In this document: positions 36,927 through 49,168 of the stretch, piece after piece | Numbering within the stretch: position 1 is the first letter of the stretch | How the letters are laid out: each line of letters opens with the position of its first letter | Origin: Octopus vulgaris | Taxonomy: Eukaryota | Reading direction: 5' to 3' | DNA length: 64,000 bases | Assembly (NCBI GenBank): GCA_951406725.2 | Contig: OX597827.1 | Span: forward strand, 61,628,001-61,692,000 | The notes under the pieces: generated by a model | Told to the model about the DNA's origin: nothing | What the model saw: only the letters and a program-made list of their open reading frames with translations | The model's database searches: none | Translations under genes and position numbers: made by a program

Positions 36927-38622
36927 TCTGGATACAGTTGGTTAGCAAGATTGTAATATCTTGTCATGCTCTTAGCATTCTACAATGCTTACTAAAGCTT
37001 TTTTTTCTTAACCATGCGATCCACTTTTATTCTTGTCTATTCAAGGTTGACCTCACTCAGTTTTCACATAATCAGATAAACCTGCTCCAACTCAACCAAG
37101 AGTTGTAGGATCTAACATCTATCCTATCCAAGTTTAGTTCACCTATCAAAGCATGCTACAGCTTTTGCGACCAGAGGTAAGCACTAAATGCTAAGTAGAG
37201 GCCAAAAATGGAGAAAATTACAAGTTCTTCTAATGTTAAAAACTCTGGCTATAGTATTGAACAAATGTAAAAATGTAATATCACCTCTTACAATGTAGCC
37301 AGTAGTTAAAAATCTAAGAGATGGTTGCATTGTTGCTAGCCGTATGATCCTCATCTATGCAAACAAGGAAAGCAACATAGACAGACCTTCCACATGACAA
37401 CCATCTGCTCAGAATGACATGAAATTTTGCTAATGCTGTTTATATGTAATATGGAACCATGATGGAGAATGGTAGAGTCAGTGAAGTGAAGAACACAACA
37501 ATACCTTGCATTATTTAGTTATGTTCATTTACATACCAAAGCCAACTTTGTGTTTTCATCTTTCCACTGTTAAAATGAGCAGCAACTCATTACTGAGGTC
37601 AAACATCTCCCCTCAGAGTTTGAAACCTTTGAATATATGGTAGAAATCAGTATTTGTATCGGAACACAACTATATCAGTTGACTGCAGACAACCATTTCT
37701 TCATACATTCTAATCCAATATGACAAACAATTCCACCAATTCTTGTTTTACACTTAAAATAACAGAAAAATCATAGCAAAAAGGTATGTTTTATGATTGT
37801 GACACATCTTTGAATGTACTATTAAAGCTTCAACAATACTCAGTATATCTTCTACTTTGATTGAGAAAGCTCTTGTTAACTATGTACTTATTGAGGAAAT
37901 TGTTAATATAATGTTAGAAATCAATCATCCTCTGTTGATCCATAGGATAATGGCCGTGTCATCACTTGGTGTTTGTACGTGAATTGGATTTAAGTGCAGG
38001 AACTTTGTGCATCATCGAACTCTCATTCAAGTTGCAGTTTAGAGACATTGTAGTAAATCTGGATACAGTGGGTTAGCAAGATTTTTGTAATATCTTGTCA
38101 TGCTCTTAGTGCTCTACAATGCTTACTGAAGCTTTTTCTGTTTTTTTAACCCATGAAACCCACTGTTCTCGTATGCTTGACTTACCTCAGTCTCCACATG
38201 CTCAGATAGACCTACTTGAACTCAACCAAGAGTCATGCGATTCAACAGCTACCCTCGCCAAGTTCAGTTCACTCATCAAAACGTGTTACAGGTTCTGGGA
38301 CCAGAGGTAAACACTAAATGCTAAGTGGAAGCCAAATGTGGAGAAAAATACAAGCTCTTGCAATCATCATCATCGTTTAATGTCCGTTCTCCATGCTAGC
38401 ATGGGTTGGATGGTTCAACCAGGGATCTGGGAAGCCAGAAGGCTGCACCAGGCTCCGGTCTTATCTGGCAATGTTTCTGGATATAGTATTGAAGAAATGT
38501 AACATTATCATCTCCTACAATGTAGCCAGTGGTTAAAAAGTTAAGAGATGGTTATATTATTGCTAGCCATATAAACAAATCTTCATCTATGCAAACAAGG
38601 AAAGCAACATAGACAGCCCTTC
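36927..38622. repeat. diverged ~470-bp direct duplication (36927-37390 and 38058-38622)
   Basis: Both run TCTGGATACAGT.GGTTAGCAAGA ... GCAAACAAGGAAAGCAACATAGACAG; copy 2 has a SINE fragment at ~38363-38478. Confidence 0.85.
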
Positions 38623-39096
38623 ATCCCTCCTTAATTTTAACCTTCCACATAATGATCATAACTGAATCATTTCCCTGAGAATTCTAAATCATTCAACCAA
38701 TTCCTGTTCATGGTATTGTAGTATAAATGACTGAATATTAATTCCATGGAGACTTGTACATTTTACATAATCATCCGTATGAGATAGCTAGCTGTTTGAA
38801 TTACCAATACAATACCTCAAATGGACTGCGGCACATTTTCCATGTACCCAATTTTACTCGTTCTTGGGTCAATTCAATTCTTCTATGGGTACAAAAAAAT
38901 GCTTGCCTAATTTTCTGTGCAGTGAGATCAAACAAAGAACCACACAGCAAGTGTCCAAACAAATACACATAAACTGACTTCAATACATCCTCTTGCAGGT
39001 ACATGATAATTTAGTCTCCTTTAACAGTACCAATGTGTGCCATGTTCTAAAAGAAAAAAAAAAACTGATATTCGGTTATATCCTGTTACATCTGTA

Positions 39097-39102
39097 AATA
39101 AA
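39097..39102 (+). promoter_or_regulatory. candidate polyadenylation signal of the plus-strand zinc-finger gene
   Basis: AATAAA followed by a GT/T-rich tract at 39115-39145. Confidence 0.35.
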
Positions 39103-39967
39103 GTTCTAAGTTATATTTGTGTTCTTTATTTTTTTTTTTTTTCCAATATTTCTGTACTGTTGTATTTTTGTTTAGAGGTATTAACATTTACTCTTTTACT
39201 TGTTTCAGTCATTTGACTGTGGCCATGCTGGCTGGAGCACCGCCTTTGGTCAGGCACATCAACCCCAGGACTTATTCTTTGTAAGCCTAGTACTCAATCT
39301 ACTAGTCTCTTTTGCCGAACTGCTAAGTTACAGGGACGTAAACACACCAGCATCGGTTGTCAAGCGATGTTGGGGGTACAAACATACACACACACACATA
39401 TACGACAGGCTTCTTTCAGTTTCCATCTACCAAATCCACTCACAAGGCTTTGGTTTTCTCGAGGCTATAGTAGAAGACACTTGCCCAAGGTGCCACGCAG
39501 TGGGACTGAACCCGGAACCATGTTCACTTACCACACAGCCACTCCTATGCCTTTGCTTATTTATTTAAGAGGAGTTGTGGAGTAACAGACAAAAGAATAC
39601 CATCTGGTGGTTTAGCTAGAATCCTTAATGCTCTGAGTTCAAATCCTGTCATGGTAATCTTTGTTTTTCCTCTTTTGAGGGGATGATTAAATAAAGTACT
39701 TGCAGTGTATATGCCCATAGCTAACACAGTTACAATACATGTATGGTATACTAACTAATATAGTACATGTGTGTTACTCTAACAGTATCATAGTTGTACA
39801 CCAAGCCATGTGGAATAACTGACTTCTTACTTGGTGAGGGTTTGTGTCAGTAAGCCAGCTGTAAAACTATGCTTTAAATAACTTTAGTCAATAAACAATA
39901 TCAGAGAAAAATCCACTATCTAAATATATTTTTGTCATTGTTTTACATGTTTTTGCATGGGTTAGAC

Positions 39968-40312
39968 CAGTGATACTCAACTGGAGTACACATGGCCCCT
40001 GAGGAACCTTATAAGATTTTGGGGGGTCTACACTGTAAAATAGTAAATTGGGGATCTGCAATAGAATTTTAAGGACCCCTGAAAAAATTTTGCTATAGAT
40101 GTATGTATTGGTTATGCATTGTAAGAAACGGGGTTTCTTTCTCTAACATTTTACATAGTTCAACCTGCACAAATTAATGTGAAAAACAATATAGGAATTT
40201 CAAAAGAAATTTCTATAAAACTGTTTTTAAACACAAATGGCTGTGGGGGTCCACCAAAATAAAATAGTGATCAAAGGGACCCATAGATAAAAAAAATGGT
40301 TGAGAACCCCTG
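39968..40312. mobile_element. hAT-type MITE
   Basis: 8-bp TSD GGTTAGAC at 39960-39967 and 40313-40320; TIR CAGTGATACTCAAC / GTTGAGAACCCCTG. Confidence 0.9.
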
Positions 40313-40516
40313 GGTTAGACAAAAGTTATTTGAGGCATTTTACAGCTGGCTTGCTGATGCTAACCCTCACCAAGTAAGGAGTCAGTTATTCCACATGGCT
40401 TCAAAGGCATCAAGTTCTCAGACAGATTATTTGCTGACATTCTTCCATTCCAGCTTACAATCTCAACCAACCAGTATTATTAAACCTTTTATTTTCAATA
40501 CTGATTTGTAACTTAA

Positions 40517-40737
40517 CCCTTTAGTGTTTGCATTATTCTACCAAAATTAATCCTTTTTTATCCACATTGTTTTGAACTAATCAGGCATTATCTTGTAGCT
40601 ATGAGATTTTGATGAGGTAGCTGTTAATTTTTAAAACGATATTGTAGGGTTGGTATGAGAGACCAGATCTGGCCAGTTTGAACATAGAACAGGCAGAATA
40701 CTTTTGGCCAGATATGGCCGGTTTAAATGCTAAAGGG
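40517..40737. mobile_element. TTAA-flanked MITE
   Basis: TTAA|CCCTTTAG ... CTAAAGGG|TTAA. Confidence 0.9.
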
Positions 40738-42328
40738 TTAAACATTACAGGATGTTTGATGACCAACTGCAGTATTTGGTTGGTATTTATCTTATCAGCC
40801 CTGGAAGTATGATAGACCTAATGGACTAAAACTCGAAATAAGACTAAATACCATGAAATACCTATTTCTTTACTATCCACAAAGAGCTAAACACAGAGGG
40901 GACAAACAAGGACACATAGGTATTAAGTCGATTACATCGACCCCAGTGCATAACTGGTACTTAATTTATCGACCCTGAAAGGATGAAAGGCAAAGTCGAC
41001 CTCGGCAGAATTTGAACTCAGAACGTAACGACAGACGAAATACAGCTACGCATTTCGCCCGGCGTGCTAACGTTTCTGCCAGCTCGCCGCCTAAATACCA
41101 TGAAATACCTTGTACATTACCCTCTTCTTTCATTAATAAGACATCCAGATTACTTAATCTTTGTTATTTCTTTACTCTCTGATTAAACATTGAACTTGTA
41201 GTCGTGGCAGATATTGGTGTCATGCAAAATAACACCCATGCCAGTGGCATGTAAAAGCATTTATTACACTCTTGGAGTGGTTGATGTTAGGAAGGGCATC
41301 CAACCGTAGAAACCATGCCAAATCAAACTTGGAGTCTGGTGCAGCCCCTCAACTTACCAGCCCTGATCAAACAATCCAAACTATGCCAGCATGGACAACG
41401 GATTTTAAACAATGATGATGATGATGATTCAGTGTCTACTACAAAATCGACTATGGGCTTATGTTTCTTTTTCATACAAATTTTCCCTACAAGAAATAGT
41501 TGCTTAAGATAAAAGCATTGTATTAATGGTTTTTCAAGTTTTGAATTATCCCAGCTCATGTTTTAAAATCTTGGTAAAACAAAGTTCTCTTTTACTTGTT
41601 TCAGTCATTTGACTGTGGCCATGGTGGAGCACCACCATTAGTCAAGCAAATCGACCCCAGGACTTATTCTATCGGTCTCTTGCCGAACTGCTAAGTTACG
41701 GGGATGTAAACGCACCACCATCGGCTGTCAAGCGATGTTGGGGGGACAAACATATACACACACACACATATATACGACGGGCTTCTTTCAGTTTCCGTCT
41801 ACCAAATCCACTCACAAGGCTTTGGTTGCCCGAGGCTATAGTAGAAGATGCTTGCCCAAGGTGCCACGCAGTGGGACTGAACCCGGAACCATATGGTTGG
41901 TAAGCAAGCTACTTACCACACAGCCACTCCTACGCCTTGTATTCTGTGTATTCTGAACTTGCAGATCACACATAAATTAGTGCACAGTGAAGAAACCAAG
42001 TATCCTTGTGAAATATGTTGGAGATTATTTATAGTGTTTTCTCCATAGACAAGTACATTCTAGATAAAAGGTACATCAATGTGAAATATGTGAAAATTCT
42101 GACATCACAAGCCACAAAATAATGCAGAAAATATAAAAAGAAAGAATCTCTGCAGAAATTTTTAAATAACAAAACAGAAATAGATTAAATGATTTTATTG
42201 TTTTATTTTTAGCTAAATGCAACAAAGGAATTGTTAAAAAGTATTCTCCGAAAATAGAAAAACACCAATTAAAATTTGTATAAAATCAATTTGTTCTAAT
42301 TTGTGATTCCTAAATTTAGCCTTCAATT

Positions 42329-42520
42329 CATCATCATCACCATCGTTTAACGTCCGTTCTCCATGCTAGCATGGGTTGGACGGTTCGACCGGGGATCTGG
42401 GAAGCCAGAAGGCTGCACCAGGCTCCAGTCTTATCTGGCAATGTTTCTACAGCTGGATGCCCTTCCTAACACCAACCACTCCGTGAGTGTAGTGGGTGCT
42501 TTTTACGTGCCACCTGCACA
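42329..42520 (-). mobile_element. (TGA)n-tailed SINE fragment (family C)
   Basis: (CAT)n then CGTTTAACGTCCG..GCATGGGTTGGACGG..GGATGCCCTTCCTAAC; copies at ~24150, 25290, 27963, 41215, 52595, 53180, 58574, 60547. Confidence 0.85.
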
Positions 42521-42593
42521 ATTACATGTGCTAATTACATCTCGGATAAAAAATGCATGGTAGGATGAATCGATGGGGGAGACAACTGACATT

Positions 42594-42668
42594 GTGTCCC
42601 CAAAGTCGATCCCCTCCTCACCGTGGTGGGGACGCTGGCAACGGGTAGTGTCAGAGCTATGCCGTCGG
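42594..42668 (+). ncRNA. candidate HDV-like self-cleaving ribozyme
   Basis: P1 GTGTCCCC/GGGGACGC, P3-L3 TCC-TCACCGT-GGT, P4 CTGGCA/TGTCAG, J4/2 AGCTAT; P2 partial and P1.1 not assignable. Confidence 0.5.
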
Positions 42669-42988
42669 GAACTTCGGTTCCTGGTAGGGCCACCCAAGGC
42701 GAATTGGTGTGACACCGAGTGGTATTAGGGACACGAGCCGGCAGACGGGGCTCTGGTGAAAATCCTCGGAGTATCTGTTTCAGCAACCGGCGGCTCCTCG
42801 GTCGTTCTGTCCCTGCATCTGCGGCAAACAGGATGTCTCCACATGTGGGATTGGTGGGGACCGCTTGTGAAATTCATATTCCCATGAAACTTCATCCACT
42901 GCCATGGTTCGAGATGCTTCGAGGGTGGTAGAAGAAGCCGACTCAACCCGCCCAATGTGAATGTCGCCACAAGTACAAGTAAGTAAGT
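42594..42988 (+). mobile_element. bipartite RTE-derived non-autonomous retroelement, 12-bp TSD
   Basis: ACAACTGACATT at 42582-42593 and 42989-43000; RTE-like 5' UTR, ORF end MVRDASRVVEEADSTRPM* (42904-42960), CAAGTACAAGTAAGTAAGT tail. Confidence 0.88.
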
Positions 42989-43000
42989 ACAACTGACATT

Positions 43001-44002
43001 CCCAGTGCCTCCCTGCCTAGTTTTCCTGTAAAGAGAAAGAGCACAGCTGTGTTCAGTTTTCGGCCTGATACTTGAATTTCCTATGGTATCAGCAAATTGA
43101 TGGAGTAAGAGGCACATATTTGTGTAAGAAAGCACAACATCCAGTTCTCCCTGCAGAATGATTCCGTGAAAACGAATGGTTCCTGCACATGCATGCGACT
43201 TGAAAGGTCAGTTCTCCAATGGACCATAAGATTTTGGAGGATTGTGTGTCATCCAGAGCAGAAGAAGTACAAGCTCAAGAGGAGGACAAAGAAGTGAATT
43301 GAGGTCAAGGACAGGGACTCATCTTGATGATAATAGGAAACAGGATGCCACAAAGAAAGGAAATGGTTAAAAGAAACACCATTAGAAATAGCTGTCAAAC
43401 ACCCTATTTGAAAGAAGACATGACAAGCATCGAACTAGGAATTTTTTTTTCCAGTAACAGTGGATGAAATAGAAGTCCTTGCTAACAGATAAAGAACAAA
43501 ACATGGCCAACACATGGATAATCCATGTAGGGTTGAGAGACAGAAACTCATACCTGGCACCTAAAAAAATTGTTGTCCATGTGAATTCTGGAGAAAATTC
43601 CAGATAATTTTTTTTTCTTTTTACATGCAAGAAGAAGATTCCCCTGGGAAGCTGTGTCTTTGAAGGTCCAAGTTGTAAATTCAGTTACAACTTGAGGAAA
43701 AAATTATGTGCAGTTTTCTGCTTGAAAATGGTACCAAAATTTTCAGGTGAAGAAGACCATATGGCAACGAGAGAGGTCAGTGGTATGTTCCTATACAATG
43801 GATGGTGATCTGGTCGCGTAGACAAAGTTGAGAAGGAGAAAAAGGAATAGATATCCACAGGTCAGAAACTCGCCTGGGGTTCACCATTTTAAGAGGAATT
43901 GTGGTGTGTGCTGCGTTAGGTCACAAATTTAGATAGTCTGTGTTCTATGTCAGGTCACCATTTTAGACAGTCTGTGTTCCATGTCGGGGTCACCATTTTA
44001 GA
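43001..44002 (-). mobile_element. degenerate Gypsy-like internal remnant with tRNA-Trp primer-binding site
   Basis: Minus-strand TGGTGACCCCGACA (43982-43995) complements the tRNA-Trp 3' end; only weak, broken gag-like peptide downstream. Confidence 0.4.
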
Positions 44003-44279
44003 TGGCTGTTTGAATCAGGGTTGTGGAGTCATCTCAAGGTTGACTCATTCAGAAGGCTATTTGATTGGAACACGGTACAAAGAAATACATAGAACATGCC
44101 TTCAAATCATTACTGCTTCCAGTACTTCTGGTTTTCAATGATAAACAAGTTGCAGATAACCCTTCTTTCTTGTTTTTTCTTACACAAACAGGCAACAATT
44201 TTTATTTCAAAGTATTTAAACAATTATTTGAGAAAACGAATGGCAGAGTTGGACTGTGCATATTTTAAAACCAAAACTT

Positions 44280-45250
44280 AAAAAGAAAAAGATCGAAAAA
44301 CAGTGGAAAGTTTTGGAATTAGGTGGGGAGGGAGTTGGAAATATTTTTTTAAAAAATTGGTTAATGTTTACTTTAACGGCAAAAGTAAAGGACGTGTGCA
44401 AGGATTAAAAAAAAATTTTTTTAAGAAATACTTAAATCCCCTTCCCCAACCTCCACCCATCACCTCCGAATGTTTCACTTTTAGCTTTTTAGAAATTGGG
44501 TAAATGTTTTCAAAAATAATGTCGTTTAGCTGTTGTTTCTAGCATGCCGGGTTTTTTGGTGGCGGTCTACTATTTTTTTACGTCTGCTATTTCCGTAGAA
44601 TTCTATGCATGCGTGAAACATTAGACAAAAGTGAAACATTCGGAGTTTTTATTTTTTTTTTGAAAGCGGGGAGGTGATGGGTGGGTGAGGTGGGGAAAGG
44701 GACATTGAGTGTTTCTTAAAGAAAAATTAAAAGGTCAAATTTCCGAAAGTGTCTGACTCGGACACAAAAATAAAAACAAAAAGAAATAGTGTAATAGGTA
44801 TAAAACAACTTGCTCTAAACGAATAAGACAAAAAAAAAAAAAAAAAAATGTGCGCTCGCGAAAAGGGTGTGTGGGGGAGAGGACTCGGAAAATTCACATC
44901 GTGAATTTCCGAAAGCGTCTGACCCGGGCATAAAAACAAAAAAAACAAAATAGTGTAATAGGTGTAAAACAATTAAAATTGAAAAAAAAAAATCCCAGAT
45001 TCGTAACCTCTTTATTTTTCGACGTGGATTAAAAAGAAAATTCGAAAAAAAGTTTAAAATTAATAAATTGGGGTGGAGTGGGGGAAATTGGAATTTCGAA
45101 AACAGGATTTTTCGGAAAATCGTATTCTCCGATATCGAAAACAGAAATCCGAAAAAACTTTTGAAAAAAAAAATAAATAAATACCGGAAATGGGTCTTGG
45201 ACACGTCCTTTACCTTCGCCGAAAATCAAATATAATACGTGAAATTATGT
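44280..45250. repeat. repeat-structured probable DNA element upstream of EIPR1
   Basis: Inverted repeat ~44410-44485 vs ~44625-44730; direct repeat ~44739-44809 vs ~44904-44973. Confidence 0.55.
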
Positions 45251-45628
45251 GCAACCGATTTATTAAAAAAAAAGATATAAGTATTAGATAATAGAAACCT
45301 TTTAATGTTTTTTTCGTGTTACCTCGTTTTTCGAGTCAAGTCCTGTCTTGGAACCAATTACCGACGTAAGTTGAGGTATGGTGGGTGTGCACGGCACATA
45401 ACTAAAGAATTGCTAATTTATTTTTTAGCTTTCTTTAAGTGAAACTATTACTGTTTTCTATCGTATAAAACTTTCTTCGTTTTTTTCGTTTATATTTTTC
45501 CTATAATTTTCAAGTGTAATATATAATTTGTTTGCGATGCTGTTTTTGCGACAGTCGTCAATGGCTGCTGTGTTTTCTAGCCGACGACACGATATCAAAA
45601 TTATTTCCAAAAAAAACAATCGTGAATC

Positions 45629-45670
45629 ATGGAAGACGAAGCACCTGTCATATATGGACTCGAATTCCCA
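45629..45670 (+). CDS. EIPR1: EARP/GARP-interacting protein 1 (TSSC1), WD40 protein, exon 1
   Basis: MEDEAPVIYGLEFP then GTAATA donor; matches the EIPR1 N-terminus MEDDAPVIYGLEFQ. Confidence 0.92.
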
Positions 45671-47323
45671 GTAATACATTCTAACATTCTCTTTCTGTTC
45701 ATTCCGTAGTATTGAAATATGATTATTTAATTGACTTTTCTTCAAATGTTTGTCCATCCGTGTTTCTATGTGTATCATTTACTTGTTTTATTTATATTGA
45801 TTCTCTGTCTCTCTTTTTGACTTTCTCTCTCTGTTTATGTATCTCTCAATCTCTTACCCAGGCATGGGCACACTACCCAGCTACCCGAGCACCCACGAAT
45901 TTAGGAACCCAATTCTAAATCCACAGATGTTGTGGCTTGTCAATAAATATATATTATAGGGCATAGTGCAGTGATTTTCCACGGGCCCTGTAATACTACT
46001 CTGACGGCACTGATCATACCTACATGTTTATCTACCTGGATATTTCAAACTATGTGAGCTGCAATGCTAATTGAACATAGCTTTTCTGGGACAACGACAA
46101 AGCAGCACCATTTCCTGTAATCGTTATAAATCCGCCAGTAATAACATTATATATATGTGTGTGTAATAGCTAAATCCTTATCTTTAGACTAAGTACAACA
46201 TATCATTGGAAAATGATATGATCTATTGTTGCTGTTTACTGTCTTGTTGTTTCACCCCGAGTCAACCCTGATGAAGCAGAACTATGATCAAAGACGTTCC
46301 AACCGTGATCAACCTGTTTGAAGACTGCGTCTAAACCAAACACGCTTCCTTTTTTAAGACAGAGGGTGTAGTTTCTAACAGTTTAGATGACCGCGAAGAT
46401 AAAAACTCCGATAAATTATGGTGTTTACTAGCTGTTGATGTTACTTCGTGCAGAATAGTCTCGCTTTGCATAAACAGTCTATAATTCACTTCATTTCTTG
46501 CATTATCAGTTTGAAACTGCTTTATTTCGTATTGAAAACAACGGTTGTCAGCCCCAGAGTCTACAGTTCATATTTTATCACCAGTACTGCCTGGTATCAT
46601 TTTAACTTTTAGTGGTTCGATCTGCTTAACTGTAATCAAGTTCTATAAGCAGACACAGCACTGTGCCATGTTACCTGTGTAATAACAAGGGATTTCGGTT
46701 CCTCCCTCCCTTACCATCATTTAAGTCTGCATACAAAAGTGCAGGACACTTAAAGTATACTAATGAGTTACGATTAAAAGGAAACTGTGTCAAACGAACC
46801 TGATGTGGTGTGATATCATGGACATGTGAGTGTTTAGAGGATGACTACTGCATAGAAAAGGGCTGAGCACTCCAAGTCAGTGTAACCTGGGGGAGAGGGA
46901 GTTTAAAGGAAATTTGAGATGAAATGGTGAGGGCTGACCCAAAGTCTCTGTATCTCACAGAGGAGATGACAATGAACTGTACTCACAATATATGGGACTA
47001 CAACAGACCTCCCCATCCATGAAAAAACATACCATAACATGAGGGTAGTAATCAAGATACTGTAACACGCACACATATATATATGCTGCTCTCCACAATT
47101 CTTTTATTCGTTTCAGTAATTTTGACTGCGCCCTTGCTGGAGCACCGCCTTTAGTCGAGTAAATTGACCCCAGGATTTATTCTTTGTAAGCCTAGTACTT
47201 ATTCTATCGGTCTCTTTTGCCGAAACGCTAAGTTACAGGGGACGTAAACACACCAGCATCGATGTTAAGCGATGTTGGGAAGCACACACACAAACATATA
47301 CACACACATACATATATATATAT

Positions 47324-47369
<46 letters not shown>

Positions 47370-48576
47370 AGCTTCTTTCAGTTTCCGTCTACCAAATCCA
47401 CTCACAAGGCTTTGGTTGGCCTGAGGCTATAGTAGAAGACACTTGCCCAAGGTGCCACGCAGTGGGACTGAACCCAGAACCAAGTGGTTCAGAAGCAAGC
47501 TACTTACCACACAGACACTCCTGCGCCTATATGCACCTTCATGCCTCATCATCTTACATTTTGTCCTCCAAGGCTCATATCTCTTCGTCATTCACAAGAC
47601 ACTTTCTTCCAGGTTACCTCTTACCTCTATCTCACTTCTGCCCTTATATTTATATCTCTAGGATGCCATCTGGCCTTTCTTTCTCTTGCTCTATCCATCC
47701 CTGTTCTTCCTTACCCTTCTCTCTCTCCACTGCCATTCCATCTGGGATGTTTTCTCTTCTTGTACTCTCCAATATTTCTTTCTTCCCCACCACCTTTTTC
47801 CTCCTTTAAACTATTGTTGTTACTATTTATTAGTTGTTAGTTGGAGCAGACATCAACTATAAACTGTGCTTCTTGTATGATCTTAGTGTATGCTTAATTC
47901 CAGAGTAGGAGAAGCAGAGCCCATAACCTTTTCACCCACCAAACCATTGACTTGTAAAACTAATGTGGTCAATGCACTTATTGAATTTCTCCAACCAGTG
48001 ATTGCAGGTAAAGGATGGGTGAGGAGGGAACTAGAGTGGTGAGCTGGTCCAGATGCTTGCAACACAGTAAACACTGCTAAAAGCATCCAAGCATCAGGTG
48101 GGGGTGCTAAACATAGACAGTAGATTGGGCCTACCACCTGTTGATGATGATCAAATAAAAAAGACCTTGTTTTTGTCAAGAATGACCATGACATTGCACC
48201 TAGAAAGTTCTCCTCTGAGGCACAAATCTGGTCAAGGTTGTTTATGGAAGACCAGCAGTTGTCTGTGCATATCAGCTTCCTACTCTCCATGTCACTGATG
48301 TTATCCAAGGGAAAGGCAAAGGCCGATACAGCTTGGCACCAGTGATGCTGCAGTTCATTTCTACAGCTGAATTAACTGGAGCAATGTGAAATAGAGTGTC
48401 TTGCTCAAGAACACAACACACAACAGAGCCTGGTCCAGGAATCAAACTCACTACCTCATGACTGTGAGCCCAATGCTTTAACTATTGGGCCATGTGTCTT
48501 CACCCATATATGATCAAACATACAGCCATGTATTATTTCTTGTGGACCCTCAACACTACTGTTATTTATCTTTCAG

Positions 48577-48660
48577 GCTCGGGCCCTAACTGCGCAAGTG
48601 GGTGACACAGAAAACATACGCTTTCTCGTTGGAACACAAAGTCTACGAGCTGAAAACCAA
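48577..48660 (+). CDS. EIPR1: EIPR1 exon 2
   Basis: TTTCAG|[28 protein letters not shown]|GTAAGT. Confidence 0.95.
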
Positions 48661-48990
48661 GTAAGTACACTTCGTTCGGCTGCATGGTTCTTTCCTTTAT
48701 ACTGGTTTGTGTTGTATTTGTTTTGTTTTATCTTTCAATTTGATCAAACTTTTGACTTAATTTGGTCTCATTTCAATCTTGGTACAGTCAAAACTGTGTG
48801 TACCCTGTGAATCAGAACTGTTTAAGCTTTTAACTGCAAAATTAAATTTCATGGTTATTCTAATTATGATGTTAAATATCTACCCAAAAATTAGAATTGG
48901 TATTTTCTGCAAGTCACGTTGCTTCAATAAACTTGACATATCGCAATAAAAAATAGTTTCAAACATGACATTCCTCAACTAAAGATAGAT

Positions 48991-49168
48991 ACAGTTCTAT
49001 ATTTAAGAGATGAGGAATTATGTACATTATTTACATTATTTACATTTGACAGACATGTTTCCTCGTCTTGTTTGCTGTTAACACAACGTTTCAGCTGATA
49101 TACCCTCCAGCCTTCATCAGGTGTCCTGGGGAAATTTCAAACCTGGGTTCTCATTCCTAAGGTATTTT
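48991..49168 (-). mobile_element. truncated copy of the hammerhead-bearing element at 16575-17089
   Basis: Aligns with 16575-16745 (TTCTATATTTAAGAGATGAG ... CTCATTCCTAAGGTA); no tRNA head. Confidence 0.85.
49080..49125 (-). ncRNA. minimal type I hammerhead ribozyme motif (Penelope-type)
   Basis: GACAC-CUGAUGA-A-GGCUGG-AGGGUAUA-UCAGCU-GAAA-CG-UU-GUGUU: intact core, stem I GACAC/GUGUU, stem II, palindromic AACGUU in place of stem III. Confidence 0.75.

Noticed and set aside
42530-43040. Minus-strand host exon starting at acceptor-like TCTTTCTCTTTACAG (43026-43040)
   Set aside because: With the RTE insert removed, no frame gives a recognisable host protein; better explained as decayed retroelement sequence.
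45668-45670. Pro at EIPR1 residue 14 where the human protein has Gln, as a recoding site
   Set aside because: CCA cannot become a Gln codon by A-to-I editing; ordinary divergence.
46268-46274. CTGATGA hammerhead-like core
   Set aside because: No stem II-GAAA follows; the context matches a common repeat fragment also seen near 4660-4710 and 31860-31920.
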